Program-made: the position numbers and the translations under genes
Shown here: one piece after another, positions 1 to 12,407 of the stretch
Layout: each line of letters starts with the position of its first letter
How positions within the stretch are numbered: the stretch's first letter is position 1
Source of the DNA: Polymyxa betae A26-41
Lineage: Eukaryota > Protista > Endomyxa: Phytomyxea
Direction of reading: 5' to 3'
NCBI GenBank assembly: GCA_003693705.1
Contig: RBZT01000954.1
Span: 1 to 64,000, forward strand
Length of the DNA stretch: 64,000 bases
Notes under the pieces: generated by a model
What the model was told of the DNA's origin: nothing
Database searches by the model: none
The model's input: the letters and a program-made list of their open reading frames with translations, nothing else

Positions 1-254
1 TGTTTTCAAAACCATTGTGGTGCCTCACATGATGAATTTTTGCGACGTTGGGGACCACAGGTAAAACATTCAAAATGGAAGGGCTCGCATTGTAAGACAG
101 ACGCTATCGATTCATGTTCATTCTCGCCAGCTGCCAATAATGAATAAACAGATTGATGTCTATCAATTTTAAGAACGATTAATCTACGCGCAGATTGTGC
201 AGGTCTAAATTTCACGCATTTTTTCTTTCCACCACGTTCCACCACACTATAACA

Positions 255-366
255 ACAGACTATTAATTATAAGCCATAGAACGGATGTTGGGAGCGCAAA
301 TTTGTATCAATTAATAAGAGATTATTAATTATAAGAACATTAGTTATAAGAAGAGAGTCTACAGTA
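255..366 (-). mobile_element. Possible terminus of a decayed Tc1/mariner-pogo-like DNA transposon or MITE; the body would extend left out of the window
   Basis: Reiterated TATTAATTATAAG-type subterminal motifs ending in GAGAGTCTACAGTA, resembling pogo-type termini followed by TA. The other end is not visible. Confidence 0.3.
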
Positions 367-1065
367 CTAATTTGTCGTGACGAAACCATTGCAACCGCTA
401 GATTTAGCTAGATCCGCTTGCCTGACCAGGCGAAACGTGCCCATGACGGAGAGTCAGCTCGTATGGGTGCCCATCGGTCCACCACAGGATCCGATCTCTC
501 AAGACGACGGCGATGCAGCGATGGACGTCTCCGAGCTGGGTCTAGCTCTGACGACAGTGGCTTTGCATCCTACCACACCAGCGACTTCCAGTCTTTGGGA
601 GACGATAGCGAAGGCGGCGACAATGCTGCTATCTTCACTCTCCACGGTCGTCGTCCCTCTCGTGGAATAATGGAACGGCAGTTGGCGCGAACGCGGGTGA
701 GATCGGTGCGGGCCGGAGCGCATATCCTCTACGGATCGACTCATGGACAAGTCTGGCCGTATACTCCTGGTCTGCATGAGTCATCCTGCAATAACGCCGC
801 CCGACTTTGAAGGCGATATGATCCTTTTTTTTCTCATAAATAGAAGCGAATATAATTACCAAATTCTCGTTTCTGCACCAACTATGGCTTTCTACTGGAG
901 GTTTCCCATAAATACTACAGACCTCGGCGATCTCCTGCTTACAACATGAACGCTGAAGCAAAAATAGAATGCTGCTGTAATTTAACGACTATTGACTTTG
1001 TTGTATAATACATCTTTCTGTTAGTCAAGACTCTTTAGCCATTCCGAAAGCAAGCTACTGTAGAC

Positions 1066-2400
1066 TTATAAATAATAGTACGGTCGGGAGAAGGGGTAGG
1101 TATCAATTATGAGGGGATTCGTGCTTATCGTCGACCTGTTGATCGGGGTCGGTTTGAGTAAACAACGAAACAGATCTATCTGGTGAACCAGCTCAAAACT
1201 GATCAGCTCTCTCATCATGAATTCAGCAGATCGGCTCGTGATCATTCGGTTCGAATTGCTGATATCGATGCAGACATAATTCGTCGGAAATACCCACAGA
1301 ACCACAACGATAGATATCACAATCAAACAGCAGGTCAACATCGTCATAACTATAACGCAAGAATATAGCTGAGAAGATTTGCAGAATGTCTGCGATAAAT
1401 CCCATTAGCATGGAGAAGCCAGATCTGCTCGAGTTCATGCAGGATAAATGCAACATTGGAACCATAGATCTGTTCACTTACCCAATCGAACAGTTGAGGA
1501 TACCTCTAATCATCAATCACGCCATTCAATTTCGATTTCAAAATATGTTGTAGCCATTGTGCAATGGATTCAAAATGTATTCCCTTTTGTGAATGCTCTG
1601 AACAACAGTGCACAACACTTGTATTAAGAGAATATATAAAGATTGATTCGACTGTAGTCTTAATCGTTGCAAGTTGCAACTAGGATTAAGATTGTCAAAA
1701 CGACAATGAGAATGGTATTGCACTGGCAGAAATGGCTGGATTTTAATACATTCTGTTGGATCTGATTTCTCCAGGTCGTTCCAATGATCTTGTACTGTTA
1801 TGAAGCTTGATAAATTCAGGATCCTGGTCCTCATCAGACTCGCCATATTCTGCACTGGAATCACTTCCAATTGAGTCTTCATTTGCTTCGGAACCGCTGG
1901 TTGATTGGCGAGGAATAGATCTTCCAGAGTCATCAGAATTTTGATTCCGAAACGATTGTTGGTAGATTTACTTTTGGCGACTATCGACAATAATTGTATT
2001 GTCAGTGTTGCTGTGCAGGTTGATATCTACAAAGTCAGGATTCACGTTTAGATCTGATATATCTGCAGGATTGTCATCTGGCATTAAGCGACCACTAACA
2101 GATTTTTTGTCGGGTAACAATCCTTCCCGATGATGTTCATTTTCATCGCCCTCTTCTCCAATAGTAAATACTGGTTTAGTATTGTCAGGATGCTCAGATT
2201 CATGTGTTCGCTTAGAAGATTTCTTCAAGCTCCCTTCCTTTTCATCGTCCCATTCCTCTTCGTATAAATCGAGTTCGTGCATATCAATCTTTACATTCCA
2301 AATCTCTTCTTCCTCTTCAGGACTGAACAAAAGTGAGCGAGATGGAAGATTATTCAGTCAAGAAACAATAGTCAATAAACAAAACGGTGAAACCTGAACA
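1066..2400 (-). CDS. Hypothetical intron-containing or fragmented protein with an acidic N-terminal region
   Basis: Chain of minus-strand ORFs (1968-2330, 1538-1990, 1223-1477, 1066-1347); no family recognised; exon structure uncertain. Confidence 0.4.
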
Positions 2401-2705
2401 ATCCAATTTGGTTGATTACTCGTGAACATTACGATAGGTTCTTCGTGCCTTGCAGCAGGACAGTGTAGCTCCCATATAAAGTCAGATCTACGACTACAAG
2501 ACTATGAAATAAAGGAATAGAGAGACAATAATATCAATGATATAGTGTGTACATAGCTGTATGATCCCCTGTTTAACAAACACCCTATCACATTCTATAT
2601 AACATCATTCATAATCATCTACATAACATTATTCATAATCAATACCATATCAATCCACTTCCTCATTAACTCGATAGACCAATTGATTTATTAATTGGAG
2701 GTCTG

Positions 2706-4098
2706 TCACGACGATTCCGGTGGAGATCGTAACGTCTCTGAGATGGCCCATATTTCTAGAATATTGTTTTCTGATACGGAGGCTATGGTCCATGGGGAAT
2801 CAGTAGACCAATCAAAGTCATTGATAGTAGCAGTATGGCCTCCATGAATGAACGCCAATTCAGGTGGACCTTCTGCTGCTTCGTCCACGGTTTGCGACGC
2901 TCCTTGCTGGGATAAATCCCAAATCATTACACGACGATTCGTCCCACTTGTAGCGACGACATCGCGTTTGAATGGAGCCCATGCAATCCTGGTCATATAA
3001 AACGGAGCCCGATTGCAACCTATTAAATGGTAAATATTTGTCGTGGAGGTAATGCAATAGCACCTGTCGAAACGAATGGCAAATTTTATGCTAGAAAGAT
3101 AATAACGGACTGACCAAACAGAAAACGTAAAAATATTTGTTATTACCGTCATGCAACGAATGAATAGGACTATCTGGCCGACGAACGTCCCATATGTAGA
3201 GGATGCCATTGTCGCCACCACATGCTAAAACAGTTGAATCGAAAGGAGACCATTCTACAGCTGATCCTGCGCAAGGTAAAGGCAGAGACAGGCTACATTC
3301 TTCAGTTCTGTCGTCCCATACGAGGACAGTTTTATCATCGGATGCAGATGCAAGGCTGGACGGTTGTAGAGGACTATAATGTAGATCGGTTACGATAGCA
3401 TCATGACCATTAAGACTAAGTACAGGTGGTACAAAACCAGTTATTGGATCAGGACAAGCCTGAACATCCCACGTATAGACTCCATTATCTGCAGAACCCG
3501 CTGCAACACGACCAGCTTGTAATGGCGACGATGTTAAGGCTGAAGCTTCAGTATTGAGTCCTCCCAATCCCACTAATCTCGAGCATTTTCGAAGTTCAGG
3601 TGGTACTACAGCACTCTGACGTCCTGGAATTTGGCCTGATGATAGAGCTCCAATATCATAAAGCGACACGATGGGATCGTCATCGCCGATACAAGCTGCA
3701 AGAGATCTTGCAATCCCACGAACTAATTGGATACGTCGAATATCGCTGCTTGAAGGCCATGCACTTAATGTTTTAATCTTGCCTGCAGTATGAGTTACTG
3801 ATGAATGAGCGCCAGTAATATCACGACGAACAGCAGGAGAATAGACAGGAGGCAGTTGCACTTCCATTAGTAATAAATGAGGTTGATCAGCGTTTGAGGT
3901 AGCAGCACCAATTAAACATTGAAGTGATTGAGGGGAGCTTGAGCCTCGTAGGAACTGTACTGAATTAGACGGCCAAATCAAGCCCTGATACAGGACGACT
4001 TCGTAGAGAAAAGGAGCAGCAGCTCTCCATACTTTATACTGACGCCGAATAACATGGTCGGGAGGCGGTTGCTGGTGTAAAACTGGCGATTGAGACAT
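2706..4098 (-). CDS. Histone-binding WD40 protein, RBBP4/MSI1/CAF1-p48 family (divergent); 2 exons
   Basis: N-terminal YKVWRAAAPFLYE..L.WPS.SVQF and C-terminal GPPELAFIHGGHTATINDFDWS..PWTIASVSENNILEIW are family hallmarks; WD repeats lie between; intron about 3020-3140. Confidence 0.9.
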
Positions 4099-4412
4099 TC
4101 GATTTCAAGGTTTAATGGTCATGAAAACTTGAAAAAGCAATCACGATGAGTCTGCGCATTGGCTTCAGTGCAAATGAAGACATTTCATTTTTGGAAAGTG
4201 CGCACTGTGAAAAAATGAAACTTTCTGTTTTATTTGGACATTTTCTCCATTATTGAATACCAATTTGCAATTGTCACCGGCAGCAAACAATTTATTGAAA
4301 CGGAAGCGTCCAGTTTTTGAATACTATCAGCAGATGGTGCTGTCACTCACCCCTACACAATGCCATTTCTGGCGTTCTGGTTAGGCTCCAGAACTATCAG
4401 CAACATAGTTAT

Positions 4413-6172
4413 TTATTCATGTTCCTGTTTGCAGTAGGCTGACACAATTGCCTTCCTTATGTCAACAGCATCAATTTCTAGCGACTTTGAAAGCTCTAAC
4501 AGGTCCTCAAGCCGCACGGATTCATGTATGGACTCATTGATATTATTATACCTCTGAAACAAGTTTGTTATAAATCAATAATATCCTGCCCACGAATTAT
4601 ACCTTGTTTACAAGAATACTGGAAATGTCATTAAGGTCCCTTATGTCTTCGTCTTGTGTTTGACCCAGGTCCCATTCCAAAACGCTATTGGCGTCTATCG
4701 TGTTTAGAAGTGGATGTTGTAATAACTGATCCGCTGTCCATCGATCATCCGGATTCGATTGTAGACAGCACGATACCAGATGACGGAATTCATCTGGGAA
4801 ATAATCGGGGATATCGGGAATAGGCTGAGCTTGAATTTGCTGGATAATGCCAAAGAAGCCGTCCTCGGTCGAATATGGATGCCGCCCTATTGCTGCATAT
4901 ACCAGCACAAGACCAGCAGCCCAAATATCAGCTGACATGCCATATTGACCTCCTTCTAGTCTCTCTGGGCTCATATACACCTGAGTCCCGATAAACCCAT
5001 CCAAATATGGTCTCGATGAACGAACAGTCTCGGAAATGCCAAAATCTGTCAACTTCAGACAGCCTCGTTTCGAAATGAGGACATTGCCAGGCTTGATATC
5101 TCGATGGACTAAATGTCTCTTGTGAATATAGGACAATCCAGTGAATATTTGCTTGGCGAAGTGCAAGACAATGGGTGCCGGTAATGGTCCACATCTTTCC
5201 ACACATGATTGAAGTGATCCTCGGTTCATGAACTCTAAAACTAACATTGCTCTACCTAGACCATGACAATCGTTATAAAGTTGGAGAGAACCCAGCAAAC
5301 ATTGTCGATCTTTAAAATGCAAGAAAACACATGGACGTGACATTGATCTACCTTTATTATAATATGCACCATAAAACTGGACGATATTATTGGCAGAGTA
5401 CATGTCAGCAAATGTTGTGAGTTCCTTCACTAATTGCCTGAAAGACACGATCAAATAAGTTTCAAAAATCAATAAGAAGCGCCAAACAATTGAACCTTCG
5501 CTTCTCTTGAGAATATACGTCGATAGATTTAAGCACATACAGACCAATCCGATCTAATCGAAGAGCTTTGATAACGGATGCAGATGCACCTTTCCCACCA
5601 GTTCCCAATAATTCAAAATCAGAGAATGACGTTGATACTGATTCTGTCAAGAAAGCTGATTGTCTCCCTTTGTGTACAGCAAACAGCATCTGACTTGGCG
5701 AAAGCGAATTTTGATCATTAAACAGTCCAGTCTGCCCGATACTAAATCCTTGAGTTCGAAATGTCGATGAGGTCATCATAAATGAATTTCTAGGCCTAAC
5801 GGCTAATGAGCAGCGAAGCGCGGTCGACCTGGCATTTGAGCAGTTTGGAGAAGAGAGCGAGGGAGGGGAGATCTGTACTTGAAATCCAAGAGGTGACAAT
5901 GGCGGTGACAGAGACAGAGCTGGCCGAGTAGATCCAGATCCTTGAAAGCCAATAACTGATGTCGATTTTCGTTGTGCATGGGGAAGAATGATAGATCTGG
6001 CGCGAGGTGATATCGAGACCGATGTACCTCTAAAATGGGATGGTTGACGTGGTGAAGGCGGATACAGATCATCTTCTTCATTGTCGCTGTGGATTTTATA
6101 GCTTAAAGGCGTTGGTGGGATGTCTAAAGACTGACGATCCGACCGAGTTAACTGAATCAAGATTCGTGACAT
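4413..6172 (-). CDS. MAP kinase kinase (STE7/MKK family), multi-exon, with Ser/Pro-rich N-terminus
   Basis: GKGASASV, VLKSI, QLVKEL, IVQFYGAYY, LEFMNRGSL, HRDIKPGN, DFG, FIGTQVYMSPERL, ADIWAAG. The last exon (RYNNINES...KQEHE*) ends at 4413. Confidence 0.92.
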
Positions 6173-6295
6173 TTGGCAAATGGACGCGTGTCGTATCCGG
6201 TCTAATCTCCTTTGACGAGCAAAAAATCCAAGAAATTTTAGTGAAACAATAATCAGCAATAGAAATGATGTGAAAACTTCGAATAGAGAGCAGGC

Positions 6296-7420
6296 CTATC
6301 TTACTGTTGCAGCTGCAATCAATTCCTGATCTTGTGCGATCGCATCAATAGCCGATAATCCATAACGACGATCAATGCGCTTGAACACCACAACAAATAG
6401 AATCATGGCACAAGTCAAAACGAGCATAGCAAACATAATAGCAAATATGGAAATCAGATGAGTCTTATGGACGGATTGTTTAACGACGGTGATGGTGATG
6501 GGCTTTGCTGTTTGGTTTTCCTCTGCTGAGTCTTGAGCGACAGATTTTACTGCAGTATCGACTTCATCCATCACACCGTCATGAGCGTTCACTGACTTCG
6601 GTTCAGTCTCTACCATGCTTGTTTCATTTGCCATATTCGTATTAGCATGGGTCAATGAACATGCGGACGAGGTCACAGAATCAGGTCTTTGCGATAAACG
6701 CCTCGAATTGTTACAAGAATCATTGTGTGAGCAAACATGAGCAGATGCACATTTAGAAGACCTTGACTTAGAAACTTGGTCCTGGTTAATGTCTTCAAGA
6801 TTGTAGAAATTGTCCTCAAGTTTGGGTTCAATATCAATCTCTTTTTCGCCTAAATCTTGACAACCCATAAAATCTTCTTGAAGTGTGTCGAAGTCGTTTT
6901 CAACCTCAGAGTTCCCAGAGTTAGGAAGCCCGAAAGTACTGAACCCGTTGAAATCGATACTTGATGAGACCGAGAATGAGCCACTACGTGGACGGGAGCG
7001 TTCGGTTTCTAGACGTTCAACTCTGCTTTGAAGATCGCCAACTTCATCTCGAAGAGCACTAACTTTTTTCTTTAAATGAGCGTTTTGCTTGTGTAGCTCT
7101 AAGAAAGCGAGCAAGCAACAAGTCGCAATGTCATCACGATTATGTCTAGAACCAATTGTATCAAAGTCCCAGGTATTTGGAGGCAATGACGTTATAAGCT
7201 CAAATGAATCATCCAATAAATCTTCAGAACTGATTGAATCACCATTAAAAACTGGAGAGTCGGGTTCTTCTTCCATCTCTTCCAATTTCAAACGGAATAT
7301 CGCTGCCAAATTGTTCATTGACATGGACCGTACAGGGAACTTGAAACTTTTGGGCCTGAAACGGAGGGAGAAGGCAGCCTGTGCCATGAGTATGGTGGTG
7401 AGTACAATATACTGATACAT
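6296..7420 (-). CDS. Hypothetical protein with a coiled coil and a C-terminal transmembrane helix
   Basis: Open 374-aa ORF; heptad segment LHKQNAHLKKKVSALRDEVGDLQSRVERLE; TM LISIFAIMFAMLVLTCAMILFVVVF. The start may be a later Met. Confidence 0.75.
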   Translation of the reverse strand: MYQYIVLTTILMAQAAFSLRFRPKSFKFPVRSMSMNNLAAIFRLKLEEMEEEPDSPVFNGDSISSEDLLDDSFELITSLPPNTWDFDTIGSRHNRDDIATCCLLAFLELHKQNAHLKKKVSALRDEVGDLQSRVERLETERSRPRSGSFSVSSSIDFNGFSTFGLPNSGNSEVENDFDTLQEDFMGCQDLGEKEIDIEPKLEDNFYNLEDINQDQVSKSRSSKCASAHVCSHNDSCNNSRRLSQRPDSVTSSACSLTHANTNMANETSMVETEPKSVNAHDGVMDEVDTAVKSVAQDSAEENQTAKPITITVVKQSVHKTHLISIFAIMFAMLVLTCAMILFVVVFKRIDRRYGLSAIDAIAQDQELIAAATVR

Positions 7421-7710
7421 GGCAATCTATCTCTGTATGATTAATATCATGCGTCTTTTGAGTGTACATCCTCAACGAACATACGGCGCTTTTTAATCCA
7501 TTTCTAGAGACAGTACTGTACACGTGTCATGTCCAATTGCGTTCATGCGGGCCAGCACAGTACAAGTGTATTGTATCCACATGAGTGACATCACCTGACC
7601 ATTTCCCCTTATATTGATTATTTTAACTTGATAAATATTTATCTAATCTATGGGCCATCTCTGCCAGTTCACTTGTTCTGTATGCATTCTCACCGAGACA
7701 TGTTTTTGTA

Positions 7711-9450
7711 TTACGAATTATTCTGCAAGCTAAGCAGCATCGGCTCCAGCCAGGTAACTTGCATATCTTGGGACATTGACTCTCTTTCGCCGTTTAGAAC
7801 GGCAACCAGAGCCGAAAGTAAAGACGGGCAAAAGAAGCGATCGGCTCGCTTCCGAATATCGCTACAGATAGAAGACATTTCAGAGGTTGATTCCAACCTA
7901 GCGGTTTGTATCAACTTGGCAAGTTTAGAAAAGTCCCTTAGAACAGCGTCATGATTCAGATTTACATAATCATGGCGACGAAATTGCATCATATAGGATG
8001 GTTCTGACAAATCTATACAAACTCAGTTTATCTTTACAGAAACGTAAATGAAAACCTTTTGGAACTGAGCAATTTGACGAAGCTAAAAAGTTGCAGCTAA
8101 ATAAATCGGATTGAAGACTGGGCAGTACAGCTCCAGGTTCTAGCACGTCCAAGATTAGAGAGTTGGGGGCCATTCGTCGCAGAAGCCCCAGCCAGTTCCG
8201 CTTGGAATTTAACTCTACCTAAAAGATCCAATGAGGTTCATTTTATGGGCGCAACAAGAAAGTTTACAATAGCAACACGATCTGACAGATGTAATGCCAA
8301 TGCCAACTTCGTATAGGCGTCGGATGAGTCGACGCTGTACAGCGAATGTCGAGAAATAAGGGAATACGAGGCGAAACAATTTTGAATGAAGCCTTTAATA
8401 GGAAGATTACATTGCCACTCATATCCCGCATCCCAGGCGACAGTATTGGGATCAGGTTCAGCACGAACCGATAGCAAATTTTGAAGCCCAAGCCGTATGT
8501 ATCCCTAAGATAATGTCAAAACAATCCTTCAAGAGTTATTGCTTACCGTATATACAGGGAATAAATCATCATAAAACTTGTCAATATGCGATTTTACATT
8601 AGCATTTGGAAGCTCGACAAAACCTAGCAATACGATGAAATTCCTATAAAACGTAAATCAAGCAAACCTTACATAGATGTCCATTCCCAGAAGAAGCCAA
8701 TCGATGATATGGGTTTTTTATGATGTCAGCATCATTTTGATTCCCAAGACAGACGACGTTTAGGTAAATCGAGTATCTACCGATGACTTGAGCTTCCCAA
8801 TGAAAAATTTGCAACTTGCTTAAACAAACCCGAGACCTTTCTTGGACTTTCTGCACGAAAGCGCAAAAATTCTCCATCGCTAAATCTTCTAAAGCGTCTG
8901 GATCTGAAGCTTGAATAGGCCGAAATCGGCAATATTCCCAACCGTGTAAGAGTCTGCCATCAGTGAATAGTACCACTTGAATTTTAGTTCGCTGTGGAAA
9001 AGTGTATGCTAAATCATCGACTAGTTTCTCCAAAGCAGGACCTACCATTAGAAAAATGATTAAAGATACTGAAACATTGCTGATAAATTCCTAAACGATT
9101 TTACACAAATATTTTTACGGAACAGTAGAAAACTCCAACGAGAACCGAAACTGTAAATCTCTTTAACAACGACATGATGAAGTACCTAATGGCCCTCTTT
9201 CATGAAGCGACATCTGATAGATTCGCCGCCTAATGGCTGAATGATCATCAGTGAATGGGACCGAACACTGAGTTTCATGGGCGCTGAACTCGTAAAGAGT
9301 AACCAGGCCACGATCGGGCAGTTTCTTCAGCAGATGCAAAATCATGAGCTGCATGATGTCCTTCCGACTACGTTCATGACGCTGCTGGCTATCTGGATCT
9401 GTGGCCAACAACAGAGATAGAGATGCTGATACAAACAAAACGGTTGGCAT
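7711..9450 (-). CDS. INTS14: Integrator complex subunit 14 (VWA9)-like protein, multi-exon
   Basis: N-terminus MPTVLFVSASLSL...VPFTDDHSAI; QVVLFTDGRL; NSLILDVLEPG; C-terminal V.RDFSKLAKL...IRKRADRFFCPSLL..L..VL..E follows the INTS14 pattern as I recall it. Confidence 0.7.
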
Positions 9451-10081
9451 AACGAGTGCGCATTGAATATCATCAGAACAGTTTACTGATCTCAATACTT
9501 CTCTTCTGATCTTGTGTGTGAATAAAATAACAATCAATAATGTCCTTAAAAGTTTGTTGTCTAACGTTGGCGTTTTACTAAGAGATTATTTGACTGACTC
9601 ATGTCATGGCTTGAATGTGATGCAAAGGCAGCTGGAACCTTGACCTGCTTAATGAGGTATATTTGGGTTGGGTTGAACTGGATTGCAATAGGATTATTTG
9701 TCATCTTGTCGACATTACCGCTACTTTCATATGATAACGCATATGAAGGATCTTAGCAACGCCCCTCAAGCTATGATAGCTGATTGAAGCAAACACGTTT
9801 CTGGAAATAAAAATTCAATAATAGAGAGCTACAAATATGCCAGATTCATTTTGCCAATTGACATTCAAGAATAATGAGTGAGATAAATCATGGCAACACT
9901 AAACTTACATTCTGCATTCAATCACACTGCGGACAAATGTCCCAACTAACAGTAGATGAATAGCGCAACCCACCAAACTCAACTTGAAAGGGCTGCGGAC
10001 CCCTGTCGCTTTAGTCATCGTCTTCCATCTCTTTTGTATAGTTGGGCAATCATTTGTCCATCGCTATTAGCGTCTTCCCGG

Positions 10082-11485
10082 ATGTATGGCGATCAGCATC
10101 GGATGGCGTCGTCTTCTTCAATTGCTTTCGTCGCTCGGTTCGCCCGGGCTCTAAAAGAACTGAACACAGCCTCGAAACCGCAAATATCTTCCCTGACCAT
10201 GATCGCCGGCGACGAACCTCATTTGTCACCTCAGATTGTCGATATGTTATCTGATGAACTCCTCAGGGTACTAAAATATAACTTAATCACACCATTGTAT
10301 TATCAAAACTTCGTTTTTGTGCTCCTTAAGCGCTGTGGGCCATTAACGAAGTTTTGCAGTGAAACAGTAATCGACTGGATTAGTGGATAGCTCTGAAGAT
10401 CACAATAATAGCCAATCCATTACTTCATTATGTTTTTTGGCTCATAGCGCTCTTGGAATGGATGCAAAACTTGGACAGATTGATGCTTTTTGTTTGTTGC
10501 TGATTTATTTATTTGTAGCGGCCCCCAACTGATCGCCTTCCTGTCCTCTACCTAATGGATTCCATCGTGAAGAACATTGGCGGTCATTTCGTATCTCTAT
10601 TCGCTCCTCGCCTGCCTCTCCTGGTTTTATCTACCTTCGACGAAGTCCCTCCCCGTCATCCCATTCAAAACTCTATAATAAGATTGGTGGATTCATGGCG
10701 CCAGGCTCGTTCTTTTCCGCCCGAAGTGGTGTTTGATATCAAGAGAAAACTTCTGGAGCCGCCTCCTCCTAAGGCTCCTATCATGCATGTACCTTCACAT
10801 AGTCTCCCGCCACCAATCAAGCATATACAGCCGCCTCCTACCAAACGAGTTCGTCATATGCCACCATCAGCTCCTCAAGCTATAGCCCCAGCTCCAGTTA
10901 TTCATCAGATATCTGCACCTCCTCCAGAGCCAATTACACAATCTCCTGATTTCTCAAGTGAATCTTTAAGGCAACCTCCTGCTGCGGCTGTAGCCGCTCT
11001 ATACACTGCACTTCCATTGCAATGCGAATATTGTGCCCTGAGGATTGCCAACAAGGCAGATATGGCTGAGCATTTGGACTGGCACTTCAAAGAAAATCGC
11101 GAGGCGAAGCTGAGAGAAAAGTCTTCAAGATCACAGCACTGGTTTATGTCTTTAGAGGATTGGATTAAATGCTCAGGTGAAGATGAACGCGAGGCGCCTC
11201 CTTCTTTCTTTGACCAGGAGTTGGCGGCACAGGAAGCTGCCAGTACTTCCAAAAAGGGGTCAGAAACGGTTTGTCGCTGTGTACGTGAATTCTTCTCGCT
11301 TTATTGATAACATCCAGGTTGCCAGCGTTAAAGCAGACGATTCAAGGGCAAACTGTGCCAAATGTGGCGAGCCTTTCGAGAAATTCTGGGACGACAACAC
11401 AGAAGACTGGATGTTCAAAGAAGCAGTTGAAATACTCGAAGGATCCCCGTTTGTGCATTATTCTTGTTTAGATGAAAACAGATAA
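10082..11485 (+). CDS. PCF11: Pre-mRNA cleavage factor PCF11-like (CID domain plus zinc fingers), 3 exons
   Basis: ALKELNTASKPQISSLTMIA; RLPVLYLMDSIVKNIGG (CID); QCEYCALR...HLDWHF..N; WFMSLEDWI; CAKCGEPFEKFWDDNTEDWMFKEAV...HYSC. Confidence 0.93.
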
Positions 11486-11652
11486 AAGTGTATTTATAAA
11501 TTTCTTTGAACACATACTATAATTTGGCATTACAGCAGTGATCATGTGATTATCCAGCAGAAATGATGAACTGATGGTAAGTAAGCGTTTTTAATCCGAG
11601 ATCTTACACGGATCCCTTAATCATCAAAATATAGCACAGGATTGTGCAGAGC

Positions 11653-12307
11653 ATGAGTAAAACCCCCACTCGTCGACTTAGTGGTCAGGATCGCCTGTGC
11701 CTGATTACTGTTGGGACAACAAAGTTTGACGCTCTGATCGAGGCCATTGATGCCAACTGCGATGCTGTCCTGGAAGCGCTTCGTAAGCGCGGCTTATGTC
11801 GTCTTCAGATTCAGATCGGACGCGGCTCTGTATTCCCACAGCGACTCTTAGATACTGCAGCCAAATCGGGGTCGGTTTTTCATCAGATTCTTTGTTTACA
11901 AGACATTTCAGAAATTCATTTAACAAAACCTTTTTTCCACTGCGTTGCCAGATTTAAAGAGTTTCTGCAGGTTTCATGTTGAAGTATCAGACTTTATTGA
12001 CGGTATTGATGAAGTAATTGGGACATGTGGGTTGATCGTAAGCCATGCAGGAGCCGGTACCATTTTGGAAGCACTTCGCGCCCAAAAACCACTTATTGTG
12101 GTCGTGAATACAACACTTATGGACAATCACCAGGTGGAATTGGCAACTCACTTAGCTGAGAACCAGCATCTTTATGCGACAACTGTCAATAACATCATTG
12201 ATGCTCTGGACAAAGCTGATCTGAAATTTCTCCGACCTTTGCCTACATCTAATGCTCATACATTCGCCCGTCATTTTGACTCAGCTATGGGGTTTTCTGA
12301 TCCATAG
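11653..12307 (+). CDS. ALG13: UDP-N-acetylglucosamine transferase subunit ALG13, 2 exons
   Basis: ITVGTTKFDALI, QIGRG, LIVSHAGAGTILEAL...KPLIVVVNTTLMDNHQVELA. Confidence 0.95.
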
Positions 12308-12407
12308 CATAGCATCGATAATTAAAATCCAGATCCATAACTTGCGCATTATGCTTTATTACTACTTACAGTATGAGATGCAGAAATGGGTATGAGATAA
12401 TGACTGA

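Noticed and set aside
915-950. Similarity to the gypsy tail at ~40610-40640 (ISCLQ)
   Set aside because: Only ~26 nt with several mismatches and no visible extension; could be chance.
6296-7420. KASH-domain protein
   Set aside because: It has a coiled coil and a C-terminal TM, but the tail lacks a PPPx-like ending.
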